A stretch of 32,000 bases of DNA from Candidatus Saccharimonadota bacterium (GTDB lineage: Bacteria > Patescibacteriota > Saccharimonadia > Saccharimonadales > Saccharimonadaceae), in assembly GCA_023898645.1 (NCBI GenBank), contig CP060232.1, forward strand, positions 660,001-692,000, given 5' to 3'. Shown in pieces: positions 8,910 through 16,572 of the stretch (position 1 is its first letter; each line of letters opens with the position of its first letter). The notes under the pieces were generated by a model, which was not told the DNA's origin, did not search any database, and was given only the letters and a program-made list of their open reading frames with translations. The position numbers and the translations under genes are program-made.

Positions 8910-9911
8910 ATGGAAAAGCCACCCAGAAACAATGACAATAACACGCCGAACACTCGAGGCGGGGGCGGCAACGGTAGGGATGATTACGAAAAGAGAATAC
9001 ATAGACTCTCTAAGGCGTCCGCAAAAAAATACAATAATCCCTTTGAGAATGTAGTCGTCGACTGGATAGACTGGGAAAGTCCAGACAACGCCATGGACCC
9101 TACTGACGAACGTTGGATACTAGGCCCAGAAGACAACCTAGGCGCTCACCCGTGGTACCAATCTCTACCAAAAGAGAGGCAAATCGAAGTAGGGCTTTAC
9201 CGTTTTGCACACACGGTTAAGGTTGGTTCTCAGTTCGAAGAGCTATTAGTCTCAGGCATCATGAATTTCAACCTAGGCTTACGAAACGGCAAAGAAGAAT
9301 TTCGCTACGCTATGCACGAAGCCACTGAAGAGACTCACCACATCCAGATGTTTCAGGAATTCGTGAACCTTAGCGAAGTCGATACTAAAGGCGCACCTGC
9401 GTGGTTTCGCAATATCTCGCCTTACTTGATGCCCACTGCAGGTAAACTACCTGTCGTCTTTTGGGCTACTATTCTGGCTGGCGAAGAGCCGATTGATCAC
9501 ATGCAAAAAGCAATCCTCCGACAGCACGAAAACCTTCATCCGCTACTTAAAAAAATCATGCAGGTCCACGTGGCCGAAGAGGCTCGGCACATCAGCTTCG
9601 CACATTCATATCTCGAACAGCACATCCCCAAGCTAACCCCCGCTCAACGCAAAGCGCTCTCCGTCGTCTTTCCTATGATTCTACGCATTGGCGCAAATGT
9701 TATGATGCGCCCCAGTGAAGAAGCTCTAAATGAAATGGGCATACCCAAAGACGTTGCCGACGAAGTATGGTGGGACTCTGAAAGTAGCAAAAAATATCTA
9801 CAGGAGCTATTTCCAGACGCTCGGAAACTCGCCGACAATCTAGGACTGCGAGGTCGCCTTGGTCGCGCCGCCTGGAAACTCATGGGCATAGACAGCCCCG
9901 ACGGCAAATAG
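8910..9911 (+). CDS. Ferritin-like diiron oxygenase of the AurF (p-aminobenzoate N-oxygenase-like) type
   Basis: 333 aa. Carboxylate/His ligand pattern: EELLVSG, EATEETHH (ExxH), AGEEPIDH, HVAEEARH (H-x3-E-x2-H, as in AurF). GGGAG RBS lies 7 nt upstream of the ATG. Confidence 0.6.
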   Translation: MEKPPRNNDNNTPNTRGGGGNGRDDYEKRIHRLSKASAKKYNNPFENVVVDWIDWESPDNAMDPTDERWILGPEDNLGAHPWYQSLPKERQIEVGLYRFAHTVKVGSQFEELLVSGIMNFNLGLRNGKEEFRYAMHEATEETHHIQMFQEFVNLSEVDTKGAPAWFRNISPYLMPTAGKLPVVFWATILAGEEPIDHMQKAILRQHENLHPLLKKIMQVHVAEEARHISFAHSYLEQHIPKLTPAQRKALSVVFPMILRIGANVMMRPSEEALNEMGIPKDVADEVWWDSESSKKYLQELFPDARKLADNLGLRGRLGRAAWKLMGIDSPDGK

Positions 9912-9921
9912 CTAAAACTAG

Positions 9922-9944
9922 TAAAAAATCCGTCAAACTGACGG
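9922..9944 (-). terminator. Terminator for the minus-strand nucleotidase gene, overlapping its stop codon
   Basis: Stem CCGTCA / TGACGG with a 3-nt loop. On the minus strand it is followed by attttttac. Confidence 0.55.
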
Positions 9945-10493
9945 GTCGTTAATCGCTTGAATGTCCATTAGATCGCGCACTACCCATAGATCGTGCCAGC
10001 CATACATGCGTGGGTGAGTAACACTACGATTATATGGCTGATCAAACATGACTGGCTGCCATATGCCACCGCTAATATGAGGATTGTCTTCTATAATGAC
10101 ACGCCCAAGCGCCTTTGATTTGTCAGTTGTAATGATGGCCTCTCTGGCAAAATCGTCGTCAAAGTGTTCGGCCAACCAGTCTCGTTTATCAGTTTCACAG
10201 CCTATAGAACCCTCCATAGGTGCCGAACATACATAGACGTTGCCGTTGTATTCGTCGCGCAGTCTATTAATGCTACGAACGGCACCAGTTATAACGTCGA
10301 GGTCTCTAAAGAAACCTTTGCTGCGCATAGCATTTAAGATTTTTTCTCTAGGTAGTCCAGAAAACCAATAGTCAACGACGTCTTCATGTGCCATTGAGTG
10401 TCCGTGATGATGTTCCATATAGTCAAAAAGCCCGCCCATCGTGTCAGCTATGACACCGTCCATGTCGATCAGAAGCGACTCCCTATTACTCAT
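9933..10493 (-). CDS. 5'(3')-deoxyribonucleotidase, NT5C/HAD family
   Basis: HAD motif I is LIDMDGVIAD, and the layout is NT5C-like. I moved the start to the ATG at 10493 (MSNRESLL...), which is preceded by GAGGG. The track start at 10532 adds 13 unlikely residues. Confidence 0.75.
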   Translation of the reverse strand: MSNRESLLIDMDGVIADTMGGLFDYMEHHHGHSMAHEDVVDYWFSGLPREKILNAMRSKGFFRDLDVITGAVRSINRLRDEYNGNVYVCSAPMEGSIGCETDKRDWLAEHFDDDFAREAIITTDKSKALGRVIIEDNPHISGGIWQPVMFDQPYNRSVTHPRMYGWHDLWVVRDLMDIQAINDPSV

Positions 10494-10586
10494 ACACAAC
10501 CCTCGATTAGCTTTTGCGTCTCGTGTACGCATATTCTACCACATATTTTCAACGACAAGACTTTTTTGGCTTAAACCTCGGAAATA

Positions 10587-10614
10587 TTGATTATTCTAAA
10601 AATTATATTATAGT
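10587..10614 (+). promoter_or_regulatory. Sigma70-like promoter for the 49-aa ORF
   Basis: TTGATT - 16 nt - TATAGT. The RBS AAGGAG and the ATG at 10660 lie downstream. Confidence 0.5.
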
Positions 10615-10659
10615 ATTAACATAAAGTCATACTCGGTGACTCGTACACAAGGAGTGAAG

Positions 10660-10809
10660 ATGGCTATTCGCGTAGAATGCCAAGACTGCACCTGGTTTGC
10701 CAGCAGCAGCCCTACCAATCCCTCAAGTTACGTCAAATTTGCAGCAAACGGGCACAGCAAAGCCTACAACCATACGTATGTCGTTTACGGTAGCGAAGAG
10801 GAAGAGTAG
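10660..10809 (+). CDS. Small (49 aa) Cys2/His2-containing acidic-tailed protein, hypothetical
   Basis: Sequence is MAIRVECQDCTWFASSSPTNPSSYVKFAANGHSKAYNHTYVVYGSEEEE. AAGGAG lies 5-6 nt before the ATG. It has its own promoter (10587-10614) and a clean terminator (10847-10875). It is below the track cutoff. Confidence 0.5.
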   Translation: MAIRVECQDCTWFASSSPTNPSSYVKFAANGHSKAYNHTYVVYGSEEEE

Positions 10810-10846
10810 ACACCACCATTTCAACAGCTTGCGTATAACGCAACAG

Positions 10847-10875
10847 CTCCGCGACTAAAATGTCGCGGAGTTTTT
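10847..10875 (+). terminator. Rho-independent terminator
   Basis: Stem ctccgcgac / gtcgcggag (9 bp), loop taaaat, then ttttt. Confidence 0.8.
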
Positions 10876-10918
10876 CATAGATGACTAAACACTATTAAAA
10901 CTATATAGTTATATCATT

Positions 10919-11359
10919 GTGATTAAACTCGCATACAAACCACGAAAATACTTATGGACCAAAATAGTGGTCAGCCTAATTGGGGCACTTCTTAGTGTGA
11001 TTTTGCACGAACTGTTTCACATAGTAATGCACTGGGGCCACATCACGCACGTCGTCTTTTTTCCCGCGCTCGGCACGTTAGTACAGATCGATGCGGCGCT
11101 ACCTCCAGGCTACGACCTAAACGGGGAAGAAATGGTGGCGTACTTTATCACTTTTCTGGTAATACTATTAACTTTCGCCATAGTCCTGAGGATCCACGAC
11201 AGTGAAGACAAGCGAAGCCCCAGCCAGATTATCTTTCCCGAAGACAGCGATATGCAAAATTTAAATCCCGAGGAATTATTAGACCTAGCAGAAAAGGCCG
11301 ACCCGGGACAAGTAGTCTTTACACCCAAGCAGTATAAAGCGAAAGAACCGCATAAATAA
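10919..11359 (+). CDS. Membrane protein with an HExxH motif (putative membrane-embedded zincin-like metalloprotease)
   Basis: 146 aa with a GTG start. HELFH lies at the end of the first TM helix (LSVILHELFHIVMHWGH), followed by two further hydrophobic helices. The family assignment is tentative. Confidence 0.5.
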   Translation: MIKLAYKPRKYLWTKIVVSLIGALLSVILHELFHIVMHWGHITHVVFFPALGTLVQIDAALPPGYDLNGEEMVAYFITFLVILLTFAIVLRIHDSEDKRSPSQIIFPEDSDMQNLNPEELLDLAEKADPGQVVFTPKQYKAKEPHK

Positions 11360-11434
11360 TTCGGTCTAGCAGGGCGGTTGCATTAACTTTTTGTACCGCT
11401 TATGCTTAAGCTAGCCCATTGCGGTTAATCTACT

Positions 11435-12286
11435 ATGAAAAAATCAACTCGTTTGCGTCGCATGAAACGACCGAAGCTACTACACACATACGCACTGTTT
11501 ATCGTACTCGGCTTTGCGTTGGTAGGGTATTTATATAAAAATACCGACCACGCAGCAGGTACGGGTCGGCTGGTCACGATTCATGACCGTGGCGTAGACA
11601 GAGTAATCTTGACTCATGTCGGTTCGGTTCAAGAGGCACTCAACGACGCGGGCATCGACGTAGACCCTCATGACGACGTAGAACCTGCGCTTAACAGCGA
11701 ACTACTTAGTACGGACTCCGCGGTAATCATCTACCGTGCACGACCAGTACTCATTAACGATGGGGCACTACACGAAAGAGTAGTCACACCAGCGCAATCA
11801 CCAAACGAAATCCTCGCCGCCGCAAATCTACCTAAAATCAGCGCCAAAGACAAGACGACACTCAAACAAGGAGATTTCGTAACCGAAGGTGCCATCACGG
11901 TGCTGACAATTAAACGTGCAGCCCAGCCACGTACCAACGGACCTATCGCCAACAAACCCACTCGATTTGCACTTACTAGATCAAAGGGCGCACAGTTATA
12001 TACAGACAGTAGCGGCGTGACACATCGTGAAACGTACTACGATTTGCCTATGAATATCGTTATATCGGCCTGCGGTCCCGGCGACTATACTATCAGATCA
12101 GACGGCGCCAAGATCGACAAAAACGGCTACGTACTTGTCGCGGCAGACTACGCTATCTACCCAAAATGCACTGTAGTCGAAACAAGCATGGGCCTTGGCA
12201 AAGTGTACGACACAGGCGGTTTCGTAGCCCGATACCCACACGGCTTCGACCTAGCAACCGACTGGACTAACTACAACGGAAGATAA
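11435..12286 (+). CDS. Membrane-anchored cell-wall protein with a DUF348-like N-terminal domain and a C-terminal 3D (MltA/YabE-like) domain
   Basis: 283 aa with an N-terminal anchor. The VTIHDRGVDRVILTHVGSVQEALNDAGIDV segment is typical of DUF348 in YabE/Rpf-type proteins. The C-terminus LVAADYAIYPKCTVVETSMGLGKVYDTGGFV...FDLATDW matches the three-Asp 3D domain pattern. Confidence 0.65.
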   Translation: MKKSTRLRRMKRPKLLHTYALFIVLGFALVGYLYKNTDHAAGTGRLVTIHDRGVDRVILTHVGSVQEALNDAGIDVDPHDDVEPALNSELLSTDSAVIIYRARPVLINDGALHERVVTPAQSPNEILAAANLPKISAKDKTTLKQGDFVTEGAITVLTIKRAAQPRTNGPIANKPTRFALTRSKGAQLYTDSSGVTHRETYYDLPMNIVISACGPGDYTIRSDGAKIDKNGYVLVAADYAIYPKCTVVETSMGLGKVYDTGGFVARYPHGFDLATDWTNYNGR

Positions 12287-12496
12287 GCTGTAATTACATA
12301 CCCCAAAAGATAAGCCTCGTTTTATTCTGTTAATGATTTAACTGAAAAAATTTATCAATACTCCTACAGTAATGTGTAGTTATCAGCCTGTTTGCCACAT
12401 TCGGCCGGCAAGTTGAAATCTTAACAAGAAAGGGGGGCTATTAAAGAAGAATCTTTGCTCATGAACTATGCGTTTAAAAACTAAGGAGGATTGAAA

Positions 12497-12799
12497 ATGA
12501 TTGGGAAATTAACAGGACTCGCCGTTGCAGGCGTTGCAGCCGCTGCTGTCGGACTAACAACCACGGGCAATAGTGCTTCGGCATTAGTAGTTGCCAATCC
12601 AGGATACGGCTATAACAACAATTATAGTTCTAGTTCTAGCTATAACTATTCGAGCAGTAGCAACATATCATACACTGCTTCGGTACAAGCAAATCCTTAC
12701 TACTATGGTGGCTATGGCTACGCCAACACGTGTGGTAACCTATACGGCGGTTACTACGGAGGCTATGGCCTTGGTTGTGGCACCAGACTTTACTACTAG
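12497..12799 (+). CDS. Small secreted Gly/Tyr/Ser/Asn-rich low-complexity protein
   Basis: I moved the start to the ATG at 12497, 6 nt after AAGGAGGA. The track TTG at 12491 abuts the RBS. Signal peptide ends in SASA-L. The mature part consists of GYGYNNNYSSSSSYNYSSSS...YYYGGYGY...GGYYGGYGLGCG and has two Cys. Confidence 0.65.
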   Translation: MIGKLTGLAVAGVAAAAVGLTTTGNSASALVVANPGYGYNNNYSSSSSYNYSSSSNISYTASVQANPYYYGGYGYANTCGNLYGGYYGGYGLGCGTRLYY

Positions 12800-12852
12800 T
12801 TAAAACAATAGAGAATAGTTGCGCCCCTCAACACTGCGCAACTTCCTTTCGT

Positions 12853-12884
12853 AAAAACCCCGCGACTACAGACGTGGGGTTTTA
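12853..12884 (+). terminator. Rho-independent terminator
   Basis: aaaaacccc gcg actacaga cgt ggggtttt. The G/C-rich stem is flanked by an A-run and a T-run. Confidence 0.65.
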
Positions 12885-13032
12885 CTATGTTCGATAAGAC
12901 AGGGGGTTTGTCGCAGCTTATGAACTTGCCGTTTTAATGTAAAAGTTATATAGTTTATACATCTTCGGGAATTTCAGAATTCGGAGAAGCACAAGGGGCC
13001 GACATGGCCCCCAAATATATGAAGGAGAAACC

Positions 13033-13410
13033 ATGGCAAATGGTACAGCAAGGAGCCTGTTTAGCGGGTCAAATGACGACATGGTCGTCTTGCCGCGAAT
13101 ACTCACGCTCCGACTCGGCAACTTTCTGTTCAATATTGAACGGATAGCCCTTCTACTACTAGCGTACGTCGCTGAATCACTCTGCGCCTCACATGGCCAC
13201 AACATCCTCGGTTCGGTTGCGTACGTCATATGGCTGGGACTTGTCGCCCTTATCATAGTAGACTTTGTCCGGACGTTTTTGTTGCACCTGCCACCAGTCG
13301 CTGGCGGGTTCAATGTCGACAAGGGTCATTTCGTACCAAAATGGTATGCCAGGCTGCTAGCCATAATCGGCCTCGTACTTGTCGCCATATCGGTCGTCGC
13401 ACTGTTCTAA
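13033..13410 (+). CDS. Hypothetical three-helix membrane protein
   Basis: 125 aa. AAGGAG lies 5 nt before the ATG, and a UUCG-loop terminator follows immediately. I prefer it over the overlapping minus-strand ORF 12918-13322, which has neither signal. Confidence 0.6.
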   Translation: MANGTARSLFSGSNDDMVVLPRILTLRLGNFLFNIERIALLLLAYVAESLCASHGHNILGSVAYVIWLGLVALIIVDFVRTFLLHLPPVAGGFNVDKGHFVPKWYARLLAIIGLVLVAISVVALF

Positions 13411-13419
13411 ACCTTCAAC

Positions 13420-13440
13420 ACCCCTCTTCGGAGGGGTTTT
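13420..13440 (+). terminator. Rho-independent terminator with a UUCG tetraloop
   Basis: Stem cccctc / gagggg, loop ttcg, then tttt. Confidence 0.8.
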
Positions 13441-13508
13441 CATTTGAGGCCATGTGTAAAAAGGGCAGACAAATATATATGACGATAGCAAGCACTACGT
13501 ATCATTTT

Positions 13509-13536
13509 TTGCATATTTTACAAATTACAATATAAT
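13509..13536 (+). promoter_or_regulatory. Sigma70-like promoter
   Basis: TTGCAT - 16 nt - TATAAT. GGAG (13549-13552) and the ATG at 13561 lie downstream. Confidence 0.55.
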
Positions 13537-13560
13537 AACCTTAATAACGGAGTGTTTGAG

Positions 13561-14253
13561 ATGAGCAATTTTGGCGGAATCGTTGGCATACAGGAAGGCC
13601 TTGAAGCGGGCCTAGTAATTGGCGGCTCGGCATCTAGCGAAGAAAATCACACAGGAAAAACAATTGGAATCGGACTAGCTGCGACTGGGGCTGGCGTTGC
13701 GCTCGGAAATCAGCTTGGCGAAGGGCTAATGGGACCTTTGGACACATACATCGGTAACGGCGGCGTAAGCTTTTTGCCAGCAGTTGCCATAGGCGGCCTT
13801 GTGCTATGGCACAACCGTCGAAAGCAACATTCGGTTCAACAAACAAAAACAGGCAATCGCCTAAAGCAAGCCATCAAAGATGTCCCTTACGCTGCGGTAG
13901 GTCTTTTCGCCGGATTTGAAGGCGCCGAAGCAGGTATACTCACCGCCACAACCAACACGAACTTATCGGTAGCAGAACTTATCACACTAGGCACCGCTGG
14001 CACCGCAATCTTAGCCTTTGGCGGGCTGAAAAAAGTCATAACAAAACGTCGATCACCAGAACAAGCAATTCTTTGGACTCGTGAAGTTGCTCTAGCTCCA
14101 GCAATTGCGATTGGTGCTATGGGAGCATCGGAGCTTACAACGACTGCACCAGGCGGCGTTGCCGTGGCGGCAGCTGGTACGGCGCTCCTTGCAACTGCTG
14201 CAGTGGATAATACAAAACGCATACGCGACAGCTTCCGTCGCAAAAAGTCATAA
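13561..14253 (+). CDS. Gly/Ala-rich (glycine-zipper-like) membrane protein with three similar modules
   Basis: I prefer the ATG at 13561 because the GTG at 13552 overlaps the GGAG RBS. The protein has three blocks of small-residue-rich hydrophobic segments. Each block ends in a basic patch: HNRRKQH, KKVITKRRS, KRIRDSFRRKKS. Confidence 0.6.
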   Translation: MSNFGGIVGIQEGLEAGLVIGGSASSEENHTGKTIGIGLAATGAGVALGNQLGEGLMGPLDTYIGNGGVSFLPAVAIGGLVLWHNRRKQHSVQQTKTGNRLKQAIKDVPYAAVGLFAGFEGAEAGILTATTNTNLSVAELITLGTAGTAILAFGGLKKVITKRRSPEQAILWTREVALAPAIAIGAMGASELTTTAPGGVAVAAAGTALLATAAVDNTKRIRDSFRRKKS

Positions 14254-14280
14254 AATCGTAATTCGACCACTCGTCGAACA

Positions 14281-14772
14281 ATGAAGTATACTGTCATTAT
14301 GTCAGAGAAAAACAACAACCCAGAAAACTCTTCATCTAGCGAAACCGAAATCGTACTTCTGAAGTCAGAGCTGGCAGAGCTTTTTCAAGCAAACGCCGAC
14401 CAAGCAGAACTATGGACTTCCGACGACCTAGAACTACCAACCGAGGTTGTTATAGCCGGAACATACCACGTGGTAGGCAAAAGCGAAGGACGTGACGTCG
14501 ACGTACAAATCAGGCAAAGAATCGACGAAAACGGAATGGACTACTTGATCGTCATAGGAAGTGCCGGTGACTATGCCTGGCGCCAAATCACAGACAAAGG
14601 CGCATGGTGCGCAGACAACGGCGAATTACCGATTACTGCAAAAGATACTGAGATTATACGACTACTCATACGACCCGGAACGACTAACTGGACCGCCGAA
14701 GAAGCAAAGCGCTGGGCAACGCTAGGCGGCATGTATGAACAAGCCGACATGCGGGCGCGCCGCAACAAGTAA
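14281..14772 (+). CDS. Hypothetical acidic cytoplasmic protein
   Basis: 163-aa ORF that starts 28 nt after the preceding gene, so it is probably co-transcribed. I recognise no motif. Confidence 0.5.
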   Translation: MKYTVIMSEKNNNPENSSSSETEIVLLKSELAELFQANADQAELWTSDDLELPTEVVIAGTYHVVGKSEGRDVDVQIRQRIDENGMDYLIVIGSAGDYAWRQITDKGAWCADNGELPITAKDTEIIRLLIRPGTTNWTAEEAKRWATLGGMYEQADMRARRNK

Positions 14773-14799
14773 ACACGAGCCGTTAGAGACGCTCGCGTA

Positions 14800-14828
14800 T
14801 TTACAAAATATTTATTATATGACATAAT
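14800..14828 (+). promoter_or_regulatory. Sigma70-like promoter
   Basis: TTTACA - 17 nt - CATAAT, upstream of AGGAG and the GTG at 14866. Confidence 0.55.
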
Positions 14829-14865
14829 TACAACATACCGCACCTTTCACAATTCAGGAGATATC

Positions 14866-15249
14866 GTGGACGCAGTCAGCCCGTCTTTACCATGGGGAGA
14901 CCTCATAGTCTTCGCATTTCAAATCGTCGGTTTTATGGCAGGCTCCCTGCTCGTGGCATTTGGCGTATTCTACGGCTCAATCGCACTTGCGGTAGGTACT
15001 ACCGCTTTTGCATTACGTTTCGGGCTAGAATCTGCGAAAATGGCCCGCAAAGCATTCATCGCCACCTACGTCCTCGTGCCGCCACTCATTGCTTTTTTAT
15101 GTCTGACAGCACTCGGACTAGCGTTCGTCATGTCTGTTATTTTTGCAGCAATAATATTTGTTGCGTCACTATCCATCGGGGTAGTACTCGCAGACAAGAC
15201 GCAAAGCATCTTAACAAGCACGAGCTCCAACAAAAGCTCCGGTCATTGA
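14866..15249 (+). CDS. Hypothetical four-helix membrane protein
   Basis: 127 aa. GTG start lies 6 nt after AGGAG. The protein is strongly hydrophobic, and a hairpin terminator overlaps the stop codon. The overlapping frame 14892-15287 is Arg-rich and was rejected. Confidence 0.6.
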   Translation: MDAVSPSLPWGDLIVFAFQIVGFMAGSLLVAFGVFYGSIALAVGTTAFALRFGLESAKMARKAFIATYVLVPPLIAFLCLTALGLAFVMSVIFAAIIFVASLSIGVVLADKTQSILTSTSSNKSSGH

Positions 15250-15268
15250 CCGGAGCTTTTTCCTTTTT
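15234..15268. terminator. Probable bidirectional terminator between convergent genes
   Basis: Inverted repeat agctccggtc / gaccggagct (10 bp) overlaps the TGA at 15247-15249. It is followed by ttttcctttttag, and an A-run lies upstream for the opposite strand. Confidence 0.7.
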
Positions 15269-15361
15269 AGCACTATTTGAGGTATAGCGATTTACATAGT
15301 TACAATAATCTACATTTTCTATCACAAACTTCTAGGATTATTCTACCTATACTTTTTGAAG

Positions 15362-15961
15362 TTAAATTGCCCGAATCGCTTCGCGGCCAATATCGCGCAT
15401 AAATTCCGCATGACGCGACGTGACGAGTTTTAAGTCAACATCAAACATCGTCGTCTCCTGATACCATCGAGCCAGGGGAGTATCACCGACGTTAATCACG
15501 CCTGCTTTTTCAAGCATATAATTCGCTAAGCTGAGCGTACCGCCTGTTTCGACATATTGATCAAAAACAACCGCTCGCATGCCCTTGGCTACTTTACTTA
15601 CTTCTTTGATTTCATTTTTTACCGTTCGCTTACTCGCCGAAAACATACTTGCTCGCTCGTCGAACGACAGTGACAAATCGCTATTTGCACGAATAGCAAA
15701 TAATTCCGGCGGTCGTTGACCGAGCTCTGAGTATGCACCCCTTATACTGTCGGCAATCGGCACGGCAGAGTTAGCCGTAAAAAACATTGCGTCGGGCTGC
15801 AAGGCTAAAAATTGGTGCAGGTAATGAGTAAAACTTTCGGAACCGACAGCCCTATCGGCGGGTTCCGCACCACCATGAAGCATACTCATCCGTACATCCG
15901 GATACGTATCGCTGCTCAGCCGCTCAGGAGCGGGGACTCTTTCGAATTCATGGGGTGACAT
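15362..15961 (-). CDS. Phosphoribosyltransferase-like protein
   Basis: 199 aa. AVVFDQYVETGGTLS fits the PRPP-binding loop pattern (hydrophobic x4 - D - x4 - TGGT) of type I PRTases. The substrate is unknown. Confidence 0.5.
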   Translation of the reverse strand: MSPHEFERVPAPERLSSDTYPDVRMSMLHGGAEPADRAVGSESFTHYLHQFLALQPDAMFFTANSAVPIADSIRGAYSELGQRPPELFAIRANSDLSLSFDERASMFSASKRTVKNEIKEVSKVAKGMRAVVFDQYVETGGTLSLANYMLEKAGVINVGDTPLARWYQETTMFDVDLKLVTSRHAEFMRDIGREAIRAI

Positions 15962-16140
15962 TGATATATATATTATATACTAATCGTACAATATGTCAAT
16001 GTAATGGACTGGTGCAGTTCAGTTACGGCAAACGGTCTTTCATACAAAATTGCACCCTAAAAAAGCACCAATGTAGCAAAGATTTGTGCGAACAATCAAG
16101 GATTTGTCATTTTTAGCAAAGAATACGTTAAAATCGTGTC

Positions 16141-16449
16141 ATGGATATACGCAAAATCACACCGTGCGTTGAATGCCCGCGCAACTGCAAACCAGCACGT
16201 TTCGACGAAAGCGATGCAGCAAAGGCAGCGTCATACTTGCTAGTAAAGGCTGTCGAAAAAGCTGGCGGCGACATTTCAAACGACGAAAAGCGCCAGGCAG
16301 ATGCCGACGAAATTCAGCGTAGTTGCGAAGCGCGATACACTGCTAAAAGAGCACTCGGCGCCATAGGTAGCTGTGGTACTAAAATAGGCGAGAGCAGCTG
16401 CGAATCGTGGCAGCTTGATGAATCACAAGCAGAAATCATCACGAAGTAG
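16141..16449 (+). CDS. Hypothetical Cys-containing acidic protein
   Basis: 102 aa with an N-terminal CVECPRNC. TAAAAT (16129-16134) lies 6 nt before the ATG and there is no RBS, a leaderless-type arrangement. Confidence 0.45.
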   Translation: MDIRKITPCVECPRNCKPARFDESDAAKAASYLLVKAVEKAGGDISNDEKRQADADEIQRSCEARYTAKRALGAIGSCGTKIGESSCESWQLDESQAEIITK

Positions 16450-16572
16450 ACACCCTGAATAGCATACATAGAGCAAACTAACTTTGTTTTTTTGTAATTT
16501 TTATGTTATTGTACTGCTACCATTTGAATCAAGTTTCAAATGTACCTTAAACACTACACTGGAAGGTGTGAG

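Noticed and set aside
12918-13322. 134-aa minus-strand ORF overlapping 13033-13410
   Set aside because: The plus-strand ORF has AAGGAG 5 nt from its ATG, hydrophobic helices and an immediate UUCG-loop terminator. The minus-strand ORF has none of these signals.
13887-14318. 143-aa minus-strand ORF and other antisense ORFs (13634-13846, 14571-14843)
   Set aside because: They are antisense shadows of plus-strand genes that have promoter and RBS support. Their Ala/Arg-rich composition is typical of the reverse frame of Gly/Ala-rich genes.
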